DNA of 61,475 nt, filler included, from Choristocarpus tenellus KU-1152 (taxonomy: Eukaryota > Protista > Phaeophyceae): assembly GCA_964200185.2 (NCBI GenBank). It is 12 parts of 12 records of this genome, joined end to end, with 100 filler letters (N's around TTAATTAATTAA, not from the genome) between each part and the next. Parts side by side here need not be neighbours in the genome. Positions count along the whole stretch, not along the records: positions 6,834 to 13,623 come from CAXNAD020007348.1; positions 13,724 to 17,081 come from CAXNAD020020555.1; positions 17,182 to 23,813 come from CAXNAD020007700.1; 9 more parts are not named here. One strand, given 5' to 3'. Within the stretch, counting starts at the first letter, position 1; every line of letters starts with the position of its first letter. The position numbers and the translations under genes were made by a program. This document shows positions 11,766 to 23,534 of the stretch, piece after piece. The notes below the pieces were generated by a model. That model was given only the letters and a program-made list of their open reading frames with translations. It did no database searches and was not told the origin of the DNA.

Positions 11766-13729
11766 GTGATAACCTATATCGGATTAATCGTGTTGATAGA
11801 GTTGTTGCAACGTTTACCTCTCCGTTCGGGATGGTGCACAATGCCACTCCGCGAGGTACTCACCCTCGCCACGATACCCACTATGGTCTTACCTCCTGCC
11901 TTGTCCTAATCTAACGTTCTATGACGAAGCTTCTCGTGTTGATGAAGTTTGCTTTGCCCCACCCTTCCGCCCACCTTGCCCACACACAATCCCATCCTCA
12001 TTAGACTTTGGAAATAAATGGTGTCCCATTGTGAACATTTTGCCCCTCGGTTGAGCTCTACCAATCGCAGGCCTGCATCTGTTGATCGTATCCTAAAATG
12101 GAAACCACTCTCATCTCCACAGCAATCGCCTCCTTGATTTCGTGCTTTGACACAAGTGTGAAGAGAGATTTTTAAGTGTTTGCGTATCTATCTATCTATA
12201 TAAATATATATAGATATTATGTATGATTTGAAAGCATGTTACACCCGAGGGGGTAGAGGTGATGGGTATTTTTGAGGGATGTGATGCGCTATAGGGTGAA
12301 TCTGCTCATGTCTGATCATCGGAGGACACTGCACCTTCAAAGATGTGTAATTTGTTTGATCCCCTTGTTCCTTCCAATAGAATAGTCTACTACTGTATGC
12401 ATTGTGCAGGATACATAAATTGTTGATAAAATTTTGTAATGGTCTGTAGTATAGACTTCATGTCGTACACCAGTCAACTTTGCATTTAATTCTGACATAT
12501 TTTTACCAGTGTTTTGGAGTATTCTCCTGATACTATTCCCCTTATTTCAAATCAGATTACAAAAAAAAAAGGTCAGTTCCTTTCTTGTGATTTGGGACTG
12601 CTGTATTATTGAAGTTTGTTGACACTGATGAAGAGAGCTGGTGTGATAAAAAAAAAAATGTGCCCTGTTTTTCTCGCTGCGGCTTTTTTTTTTGGGCAGA
12701 ACCGCAGAACTACAAGTACCACAGCTGTTCCAACAATGTGCAAAAACAGTCCAACAAAACCATCACAGTCACACAACTAGCGTACTTGCAACACCAGAAC
12801 ATATGTCGTTTATATCCCCTTCGCTTCAGAACATCTTCCTCCAGCACAATCCATGAACCCAACACGAACTGTTCAGTGATCAGGACCACATTCTCCCACA
12901 TCAGTTACAAGCTCCCAAGGATACTATAAAGTTGTTTCCTGTCACCCCTTGTAACCCTAACCCTCTTTTTTCCGGCTCTTAAAAGGCAAGTAAATTTTAG
13001 CCCATTAGTGTGTAAGATCTTTTTATGTAAATCCTCATGAAGATGTTATACATCCAAATATTCTTGGAAGTTTTTAACCATTTTGTCGGTTCCTGATAGT
13101 AATGATGACACCTTTAGACACAAACAAGTTAAATGTGTATGTGTGATATCACTACGGTGGTTGTGGCGGAAGGTATTATTTGGTATTGATCATCGCAATG
13201 CATCAAATTAAAAAGAACTTTACTCCTTTTTTGAAGTGGAGCGAACGAAAGGGCATCCATTCACCTCAACTTGTAATGTAGCAACCAAAAATTGAATCTT
13301 TTTTCCCAAAAATAAAGTTTAAAGTACCATATCTGCAGTTCTTCTGCACATTGGTGGTGAAACCAAGTGATGGGGCATTATGAGGACCAAGCTGGGACTG
13401 TTCTCTGACTGTAAGAGGTTGAGGAAAGGGTGTAACCTGTGTCCATGAGCATAGAGGTGTGTAGGTATGTTGACAGCAAGAACAAGAAGGGGTCAACAAG
13501 AGATTTTTTATATATTTGTGGAAAGAAAAAAAACGTCGCTGCAACAACAACAAAAAATCAAGGGAAGGTTGAGTTTAGTTTTGTGGAAGGTTCTCAAGGC
13601 ACTAACCCCCCCCCCCCCCCCCCNNNNNNNNNNNNNNNNNNNNNNNNNNNNNNNNNNNNNNNNNNNNTTAATTAATTAANNNNNNNNNNNNNNNNNNNNN
13701 NNNNNNNNNNNNNNNNNNNNNNNGGTGTG

Positions 13730-13820
13730 TTGGGGGTGTGTTGTTTCATACGTGGGGAGGAGTATATGATGGGCCCCCGGGTGTGGGCCCCCCCCCCCCC
13801 CCCCCCAGATACTTTCGGTC
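13730..13820. mobile_element. MITE family A, partial copy at contig start
   Basis: Ends in poly-C + CAGATACTTTCGGTC, the family A TIR. Confidence 0.7.
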
Positions 13821-15734
13821 ATGGGGTGTCCTAAAAGCAACCCAGGTTGATGCCCGATGTGCTGATGATTTGCCTTTGGATTTGATCCAGGCAGGGGGGT
13901 GGGAACGTAAGTTGCGTCTAAACGAATGGAATTGCCCTTACGTCTGACACGTTCAATCATACCCCAAGAAATGACTAAAGGGTCACAAAGGCCCGAATAG
14001 ACGTTTGACCCCCCTCCAGGATATAATATGCCTGATAGTTCTTCTTGCATGGTTTTTCTCCTTTGTTATGTAACATGCGATTGGATAGGCTGAGTGTGAC
14101 ACTGATTTTCTTCTTCTCCCCATTTTCGCATAAGACTTGGACGATGTTGATTATACTTCGTATATTAATAAATTACAAGAATAGAAACCTGTAGCCCGTA
14201 TAGAAGTGGTTTTGTCATCTCCCAGGTAACAAAATCAGAAAGAGACATGAAGTCAGAGATTAATTTATAGGTATAGGGTGAAGGTGTGGGGAAGAGTAAA
14301 GTTGAAGGATGGGAGTTGTGGTTTTGAATCAGATGCTGATAGTGACTTCTACAACAGACCAGTGAATGTACCTATATGTGGCAACTGCATTTTACGAAAT
14401 GTTGAGTGATTGATTGGGTTCTAGAGTTTACAATGTTGAAAGTTTGGGTAAGCAGGTTGAGATTATGATGACATAATTTGATTGAGTAGAGACATGCCGC
14501 ATTTAAGTCGCAGTGTGATCTTCACCTTTGCTGCGTGTGTTGCAGATGTACGGTTACGATTTTCCATAGTTCTAGGATGTGCAGGTTGATTGCATTAAGT
14601 GGTAAATTACACTACAGAAGTTCGACACTCAACACGTGAATCGTTTGTTTCCCAGATTGTCTAGGCAGGGGGGGACCTCGGTTTTAAATCAAGCTGTTAC
14701 AAAAGAAAGGGGAGGATGCAAGGGTGAAGCAAACACTCTCTTGCAACCATCAAAATCAACATCAATATTGCGGAACCATGGCTTGATCAGAACCAGAAGA
14801 AATGAGATTTCCTAAAGGTGCTGTAACACAAGCGTGATGAGTCCCAGCTACGTTCTATATCTACTTTCTCCTGTGTCCGGTGTATTATTGGGTGCCAGTC
14901 GAGTTATGCCCGAGTTGTTGTGTGGGGTGTCCCTTCTTAGGTATGCGACTGAAATTTTCTCTGTCCTTTTTTTACATATTGTTCTTTCCTTATTCCTTCA
15001 GTATTTCCTACTTTAACAACCTTAATGACAGAAATAAAACGGCAGACCAAGACCAAGGTAACACAATGCTAAGGTGGGTCCTGCACAAGATTCGAGGGAG
15101 GGGGCGAAACGACGTCTTACGGGATGACTGAACCCGATCCACAAGAAGTAAGGCACAACCAGAGCCAACTATAATTTGTTATAGTGCTCTTACAAAACAT
15201 TCCGCAAGCTTACCACGATGGGATGTGTAGCTCCAATCTACAAGGCTCTATGTGGATGATCAGGCTCATGGAGGGAGGGCACCATGAAGGAAATGTCGTG
15301 AAATATACAGGATCTCTCTCACTTAGATTATTCACTTTATTATTTTTTTTGAGACATAAATATGACTGAATAACCATTCGTACCTACTGCATGCCCTCAT
15401 GATGACCTAAAAAAATGAAGTACAAATATATTAAACAATTACGCAATAAACTCCCAAAAAATATATGGGAAACGGTTATACTGTAGCTGGAAAATTGGCG
15501 AAGTATGGGGAAGTACAGAGACCCTCCAAAAAATGGCTAAAACATATAAATTTGAGGTAAAAGTGATATTTTCACACGTTCGGGTTGAAAATTGGCTCAA
15601 AATTTGAAGCGAGAAGAATTTGATTTCGGAATTCCGCGCATTTCTTTTTTTTGTTTATTGATTGTTTCATGTTCCTTGCTATAGCACTCAAAAGGTTTAA
15701 CTTCGAAAAATGTCTTAATTTGTGAAGGGACTTC

Positions 15735-16010
15735 TTCCTCTCGGCTGACCTTGCACCTCACGCACTACACCTTCACGCCTTTGCTATGGAAAGGTTAGCG
15801 TGTCTAAGTACACAAGCAGCGAAATTCTTGGATGAGCTTGCAACTCATCATGTAAATGGTGTTAGGGGGGGTGAGGATTTTAGTTGGGAGGAAGAAGGGA
15901 TGGCACGACTGCAACAGATTGTAGTGTCTGTCACACCACAAATAAATAGCAATCTCTAGGTGTGCCCTGCGCCTTTAGCTGGAGACATCGCGTGGGTGGG
16001 GCGCATGGGG
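15735..16010 (+). mobile_element. CRE/R2-like (restriction-like endonuclease) non-LTR retrotransposon C-terminal fragment
   Basis: Translation YTFTPFAMERLACLSTQAAKFLDELATHHV...EGMARLQQIVVSVTPQ..AISR resembles the post-endonuclease Y.F.P.A.E..G.....A..F...LA....RL.Q.ISV..Q.AISR pattern of CRE-clade elements. Degenerate. Confidence 0.6.
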
Positions 16011-16187
16011 CTTGACTGATTCACAGGACTCTTCGCTTGTTTCTAGAACGTCTTCATTGCACCGCTCTAGGAGCAATTTCAGCTAAAAGTATTGTCTTGG
16101 TAGGTTTCTTGAATTCCCATCTTCAAATATATACTACAACTCGTGTTGATGTATCCAAAGGACTTTCCGGTAAGGGGTACAGAAAAT

Positions 16188-16216
16188 ATTGTTGTTGTTG
16201 TTGTTGTTGTTGTTGT
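16188..16216. repeat. (TGT)n microsatellite
   Basis: Directly visible. Confidence 0.95.
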
Positions 16217-16328
16217 CGGTGTTGCAATCTTCACCTAATCTTTGCTCGTACTTCCTTCACGACAACATCTACAAAAAGACTTCGATATGGAAAGGAGGTT
16301 CTTTAGGCTAATAACGACATATGCATGT

Positions 16329-16390
16329 ATAGTTTTCATTGGTTTCCCCCCTGACATATCTACAAAATGTCAGAGGGCATAATAATAAAA
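16329..16390 (+). repeat. Dispersed hairpin-containing terminal repeat (possible Helentron/HINE end)
   Basis: ATAGTTTTCATTGGTTTCCCCCCTGACA..TGTCAGAGGGCATAATAATAAAA recurs inverted at 45188-45250 and direct, partly deleted, at 45537-45591. Confidence 0.6.
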
Positions 16391-17181
16391 ATGTTGGAAA
16401 AAAAAATGTGGAAAGGAGGTTTGTCACTTATTATACCATTATCATATGCCATATACCCTTGTATTGATACACCGATTGAGAGGTTCCTTCTCAGGAATCC
16501 ATTATTTCTGTGGAGGATGTTCTTTGAGAATGAATCCATGGAATCTCTTCAGGAGATCAATTCCACAGATATGGGACTGCTGTTCATTCAGAGTGGTCAA
16601 ACACGAAAGATTCACTTTGTTCTCACGTCTTCATATTTCTGATGATCCTCTCTCACAAGCTCCTCAGTCAGCCCTCTCCACAGTTTTGTGCAAGCAGTCT
16701 TGCACTTTTCCAACCTTAAACTCGTACTCTCGGCTACGGTTCGCCTTGGTCCGTCTGCTCTGTCTTGCTTGGTGATTCTCTTCACCACCCTTGCCTGAGT
16801 GAACCACGTCACCACAGAATAATTTGATTCATACGAGCATGATACGAATGAAATAGTTACTTTCTCATCAATCATATAATTGAAAACAACTTGGAAAATG
16901 TGACTGCTCATGAAAAAATTAATAAATGATAATAAACAGTCGATCATCAAATTGAGGATGGAGCTCTTTATTGAGGATGAGCGAGACGCGGATTGGTGTG
17001 CGGAAAGTGCACGTATGTTTTGTTTTTTTAATGTTGCGGCACTTTGGAAGGCCCCGCTACGAATGGGAATCCATCCCGACGNNNNNNNNNNNNNNNNNNN
17101 NNNNNNNNNNNNNNNNNNNNNNNNNTTAATTAATTAANNNNNNNNNNNNNNNNNNNNNNNNNNNNNNNNNNNNNNNNNNNN

Positions 17182-17333
17182 GGGTCTACACCAGGGTGTC
17201 CATTCGGGCCCTAACCAGGAGAAGAGCACCTAAATCGCCCATCCGATGCATGCAACCAAATTCACCCAAAAATCGTGACATGGAAAATGGGCCCCAAATG
17301 GACAGTCGCCACCCTCCCCAGATACTTTGAACC
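17182..17333. mobile_element. MITE family A, near-complete copy at contig start
   Basis: Internal sequence is homologous to 34456-34636; it ends in CCCAGATACTTTGAACC. Confidence 0.85.
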
Positions 17334-18452
17334 TTCGTAGTGTTAATGTAAATAGTAAGTTTCTCAAAATGAGAAAACAGCTAGAAAAACAATGGAGGAA
17401 AGAACCTGCAAATGCAAGGTAGGAACTACGCATCAGGTATGATTCAGGTGCTGTTTTTCTAGTGCCATTTCAAATGGAAGGTACAATAATTTTATTCACA
17501 AATAGGGGCTTCTAAAATCTTCTCTCCGACACCCCCATGCCCATGTCCGAAATACAGTAAACCCCCATCACTAGGCTGAATTGTAGAAGAGGGGACGAAC
17601 TTTCACCCACGAAATCAAGCGTGAAATCGCTCTTAAGAGTGCTAGGGAAGCACATGGTACCTGGAGGCAGTCACAGTGACCCCTTGTACTCAGTGACACC
17701 ACTCTACAGCACTAGAACTCTGGATATTTGTAGCTATCGTCAGACTTCCTCCCTTTTCTCCTTCACATATACTGGTATTTGTTATTATTATCTTTACTTT
17801 GCCTGGAGAGAGTCCCAACCTATGGTCAGACGCACTACCACACACTTCTACACTACTCCTCACACATTCTGTCGCTAACTCTTGCAATACGACTAGTTGT
17901 ATTCACTACTTCTGTTCGAAACTTGCTTCTCGCCCCTTGGGTTCAGTCATCCCACCACTTGTCACTTCACCTTATCCCTCGAATCTTCTGCTGGTCCGTG
18001 CTCAAGGGACGCAATGCATCACTCTTGCGCGTAAACAAAATAAAAAATAATACTGCTATGGAGCATATTCTTCTTTGCACAATGTCCTCAAAATGCAAGA
18101 GATGGGATGAACACACGGCCAGTATGATATAAATTGAACCTTAAATCTGGACTCCTCACCAACGATAACCACCATTAGCCACAGATCATGCTGTTTTTTT
18201 CCACCTTAGTGAAATACTCTCCCTTATAATTCTGAGATTTCAAAGTTGGGCTTGTCTGGAAAAAAGAAATGGTTTTATAACCTACGTAAAATAATTATGT
18301 GTTTGGGTGTGAGGGTGTTGTTGGTCTACATTCTACATACGACCCAAGGAAGGGTCGCATGTGTAATTAAACGTTAAATGTGGTATTTGCGTAATCCTTC
18401 CTTGGCGTGGGCAAGACATGTACAAATTGATTCAAGAAGTGTCCACCACAAA

Positions 18453-18604
18453 GGCTCAAAGTATCTAGGGAGGGGGTGGCGGCTGTCCATTCAGGGCCAT
18501 TTGGTTTCATGTGTCGGATGGATAATGCAAGTTCACTTCTCCTGGTCAGGATCCGAATGGACACGCTGGTGTAGACCCCCCCCTCCTCCCAAATACTTTG
18601 AGCC
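18453..18604. mobile_element. MITE family A (Sola-like), complete copy
   Basis: TIRs GGCTCAAAGTATCTAGGGAGG and CCTCCCAAATACTTTGAGCC. Perfect 4-bp TSD CAAA. Confidence 0.9.
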
Positions 18605-20109
18605 CAAACAGTTGCTTGTACTTGGTCTGGAAATCACGATGTAATTGCTTTGACATATTTCTTTCATGCATGGATTGGCTGATGGTGTTGAACTGTAGGT
18701 CAGCACCCCTAACCCTAAATTCATACATTGAAGACCTGAAGAATGTCCAGTGGGTTTTTTGATACATTGTTAACATCAACGAATGTTTTCAAGAGTACAA
18801 ACACGTCTTAATGGGAACCAACGTTCCACTATAAAAAATAGGTAAGTGTGCGTATTGCTCCTTATTTCTTCCCTTGTGAAATCCAACCCCCCCCTTCCAT
18901 ACACACTCTCTCTTGACACCAACATGTACACAAAAACTAGGGCAGGCGAGTTGTGGTCATTGCTGTCTACAAGGAGGTAGAGGTTGAGAAATGGACGGAT
19001 GATGGACAGATAAAGGTGCATCACTATACAAAAACAAACATCGCCCTGTCCAGGTGTTAGAAACAACCGTTACCCTCAAAATACTGCAAATCGCAATGAA
19101 CTTATGAACTTAAGGTATTTTATGGTCAATTGGCATTTCTCAGTTCATGGTGACTGAGAAAATCAATGTAGTAGTACTGCTTTGCACTCAGATAAATTTT
19201 GTTGCAGGTCAAGTCATCCAAGACTGGTTGTCAATCGTTTCATTGGTTGAAAATTAGATTGGGTTCCCTTCATTTCTTCAATGAGGTGTTTAACCCTATA
19301 GGGTGACTTAAAGTCCATCTAATAATAAGACCAAAAGATGACACTACAACAAGAAAATATTGGACAGCAAGCTCCACTTGTACGGCCCTCGCCATCATTG
19401 GAAGGCAAAAAAGGTTTTACAAACATGCAGCGCATGAAGTGAGCTAGCCTTGCTCATGAGGGCAAGCATCAGAACTACCAATGTCTCCAATTGATAACCT
19501 CAGAAATACACTGTATCCTACAGGAAAGTCTCAGCATTATCCTCTTCCCCCACTTCACACCAGGATGAACGATGAACATGCATTGACCAAAGGATAGAAC
19601 TTCTGCACATACTAAGGAAACTGGGCTATATTATGTCTCTACTACTATACTCCTGGCATGAAGTATGTGCCCCGTTTTTCTCATGAAAAAGAAATCATGT
19701 CTCAAGTACTAGAAATCCTACAAGTCTTACAAGAATATTTACAGAAAAACCACAAAGAAATTTAACACTGTCAGGTCCATGCTGAACAATAAGGTACATA
19801 TCAAAATATTGTCAGTGCTAGCACAAACGGGAATGTCGAGCACAAAGCTTGTCCGTAAAATTGGCACATTTCAACTCATCCAAAAGTTGAAAGTTTAAAA
19901 CGACCTAAAGTAGGGTGGCCATCAATCTGCTGCAGCTGAGAAGGTCATGATAAAGTCACTTTACTCAGCCGATTATCTCGCAACCTTTCCACCCACCCCT
20001 CGTAAAATACCATGAATACAACCTTATATAAATACCCCCCTAACCATCTCTAACAAGGGACTGGTCAGGGTTAAATACAGGGTCCTCCCGAACTATATGA
20101 TGTTTCCTG

Positions 20110-23100
20110 TTAAAGTCCCAACATACTCGGGGACCCTATCACACTATTGGCACTCCTGCCTTCAGGTAAGGACATAGAAGCAGGGCCTGCCCCAGCACCT
20201 CCTGTGCTAGACTTAACTGTGGCACTGTTGTACTCCCTGCAGAAGTTGTCTTCTTCAATGGAGTATTTACGTTTCATTGTGTGAGTTTTTTTTTTGCCCT
20301 TTGGGTGACCACCTTGACCTTCAAAGTGGAGAGGGGGGCGCATGGCATTGTCTCTTGCAAGCTCATCCCTAACTGGAGGCTCAATGGCGGGACTCTCACT
20401 CGAGGAATACGATCTCCTGTAGACTGAAAGCAGGTACCTCTCATCAATGAGGCCCAGATCAAGGTGTGATGCACCTATGTCTGTTCACCGAGTGAAACAC
20501 AAAGCAACATGCAACAAGAGAGGTACCATTAGCTAACAAGGTTTGACGCCACACGTTGCCATTCACACAACACCAACATGGAAAATGTGCTGAATCCAAA
20601 AGATCACTCTGTGAAAGCGCCAACGATGACCCTAAACTAGAGGCAGAAGTTTACAACCCACTGAATCAAAGGCAGGTACAAAGATTGTTCAATGTAGACC
20701 CGAGAGAGGAGAATGAAACAACTGAAAAACCAACAATACACTACTGTGACCTGCCTGATGTCACAGCCAGCACGTGACAGCACGGGATTCGGTGACGCTG
20801 TGGGTAGGCACACACACACTCCATAGTGTGGGATTCATCACCACTCCCGATGTGAAGCTTCACCCTGTGCTCCTCAGTCCGAACAACTCCATTTTTCAAC
20901 ACCCCCCCCATCCAAACCATGTAAATGCCATCCCCAACACTTATCACACTGTACCTGACAGAGTTTGCAAGCATGACATAACAGTTAGAAATAAATAACA
21001 AGAAGCATCATCTATCCACCTTTATGTAGAGAGAAGTTTCCTGGAATTTTTTTTAATTGCCACTGCACCATATCGCGTGATCCATAAGAAGATTTTATCT
21101 CACCTGCCAGCATCTTTTTGTTGATTCTCAAACTCTCTCATGGCATGTGGAATGTAGTTGTTGTTACTGGTGATTCTTCCCCTATCACAGAACTCCTTTG
21201 CCACACCAAGAACAATGGCATGCAGCAGATCGTACACTGGCTTTTCCATTGCCTTCAAGGACAGGGACAGCACGTGGAGCACAAGGCCATTTGCATGAGA
21301 GTAACCTTAAAATCACTCCCCTTGGCACAATACTCTTCTCAGCCTTCCACAATTATCATCAAAGTCACGCCCAGCGGCAACGTGACAACTACGTATACAC
21401 ACAGTTGATCTGTCATTGATGGACAAATAGAATATAACCCAAACTGAAAAAAGAAACAGGTGGGAAAACAGTGTTGGGAGTGTTTTTTTATGTGGAAATG
21501 TACATATTTGCAATAATATCACCTGCCAGGTGCACCAGGTATAATGCTCACATGAGAACACAATAGTTGCAGATTTTTCATACAACTCACCTCCCCAATA
21601 GCACTCATGTTCCACTCTGTAAAACGGTTGCATATGTGGTCGCCAATGGCGTTTTCTCTGCTCGCGTAGTTGGTCCAACTAGAGTGTGGAACAGCCATTA
21701 GTTCATCGTAAGCCTTTGGATTGGAAACCTTCAACTGATTCATCAGTCTCATGAAGATTGCTTGAAGAGGGGCCCTGCCCGCAGCCGAGATGAGCCTGAC
21801 TCCTTCCTGGCAAAAAGGTCATAGGGTGGACTAAGATTAGGGTAAAAAGTAAGGTGCACAGGGGAAACATGAGTACTAGAAGGCTAAGTTTTTCTGGAGA
21901 GGATACAATTATTCTCCCATCTAGTGAATATCCAAAGGTATACATGTTGTCCCACATGATCCCAATGGTTGATGGTCTTTCTGGTCGAAATAGTGTACTC
22001 ACTTCCCCTGTTTCGTCCCTGAGGTTCTTCATTATGTCAAGTACGCAGTTGCGATGCTCCGCTTTTGGCAAACAATGTAATATTGCCTGTCCTGCTCCGT
22101 TGTGTCTATCTGACAAAATGGTCGACTTGTGAGAATTGAGCGTAGTTGCCACCTTGGAGTTCTTCATAGCCCCATCTAAGAGATACACGTACGTGTCCGT
22201 GCTCTCCTCAGGGACGATTGCAGTTGCCAGAATGATTAGGTTGTTGTTGGAGTCCAAGCCTGATAGTGTTAGAAGCACACCATTCCAGGTACCTTTCAGG
22301 TGTCCCCGGCCCATGGCAAATACCTAGCAGCAATAGAAATATGAGAGGGCTTCAAAACATTGGAGAAGTCAACGGTAGGCGGAAAACTTTTCAGGCCTCA
22401 GCATGTACAGCCCACATTTGCTGCCAAATCAACTCATGCCATCTTTAAAACCTTCCTCCCCCAAAGGATACGACTCACAAATCGCTCTTCTATCAGGTGT
22501 GCTGCCACTTAATCCCCACACAGAACGTTGGAAGTCGACACATTAACGACGCTTTCCAATAAATACTTCGTGCAAAAACCTCTTCCTTCCTGGACGTGTG
22601 CTTAGTCCAAACCCTCACTATACCTTCAAAGCCGACTGGCTGATAGCATGTGCTGCTTTACCAAGCATAATAAAGCATCTGGCGAACGACCCGTCCAAAT
22701 TCGTCTGGGGTGGGACGGTAAAGAGATCAACGATGGTGCAGTGCGTTGTAGTTAAGGTGGGTTGGGTAAAGCTCTGTAACATTGAAACAAGTTGAGGATG
22801 GTTGTACGACGCATGGGGGGAGGAAAACGTACCTGGCCTGAATACTTGGGGCGGGCGATGCTACGCTCGTTTTCCATCGCTTATTTTTCACCACTTGTTA
22901 ACATTCATAGATCACCCTGTCATGAGGCAAGACCACCTACCTGGAGATCAGTCACCGTCTCTGGTGAACCATACTTTAGACGTGTCAGGTAGGCAGGAAG
23001 TGCCCTGTACCCATCCACCTGATCTGCTATGCTGGAGTTGATGATAACAGCTTTGGCACGATTGGCCTGCCTGCGGGATACAGTAATCCCGTGACAACGC

Positions 23101-23534
23101 TTCAATGTAGCGGCCAGCGTCGTACATTTTATGGAAGGATCTACAGAAACGGCTGCAGCTGCTTCCGGGATGATGGATTGCAAGCTAGCCCTCGCCTCTC
23201 CTCCGTTGCAGTTAGAATGCTCATTCGTAACAGAGGACAACCTCCACTCCCCATTCCTAGTCTTTACTGCTCGCCAAATGGCTCCACAACCCTTATTCAC
23301 TCCATCTGGGCCTATATCTGCCCCTGAACATATATAAACCTTTTGGCGAGAGCCTCCTCCCTTGCCAGCTCTAATACCTCGGTTTTGTGCTTGTTGTTCC
23401 CTCTCAATTGCTATTCTCATTGAAAACGTGTCTTTGAACGTTGTTCCACGCACAATAGTATTCGCTCTTCCAGTGGAACCCGGGGCATCTTCCACCGTCA
23501 CCGTCGGTGGAATCTCTTCCACCACTGCATCCAT
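20110..23534 (-). CDS. MULE/MuDR (Mutator-like) transposase with SWIM zinc finger; 7 exons, 643 aa, catalytic residues substituted
   Basis: Exons 23534-22941, 22704-22624, 22323-22003, 21806-21591, 21252-21104, 20954-20755 (GC donor) and 20480-20110 join in phase to 1932 nt with no internal stop. Motifs: GTTF..C..CGAIW..H, MGRGHLKG (consensus DGxHLKG), LDSNN, SDRH, HRNCVLD (consensus CxxH), NRFTE, SWIM CVC..IPCCH, LIDERYLLSVYRRSY. Confidence 0.85.
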
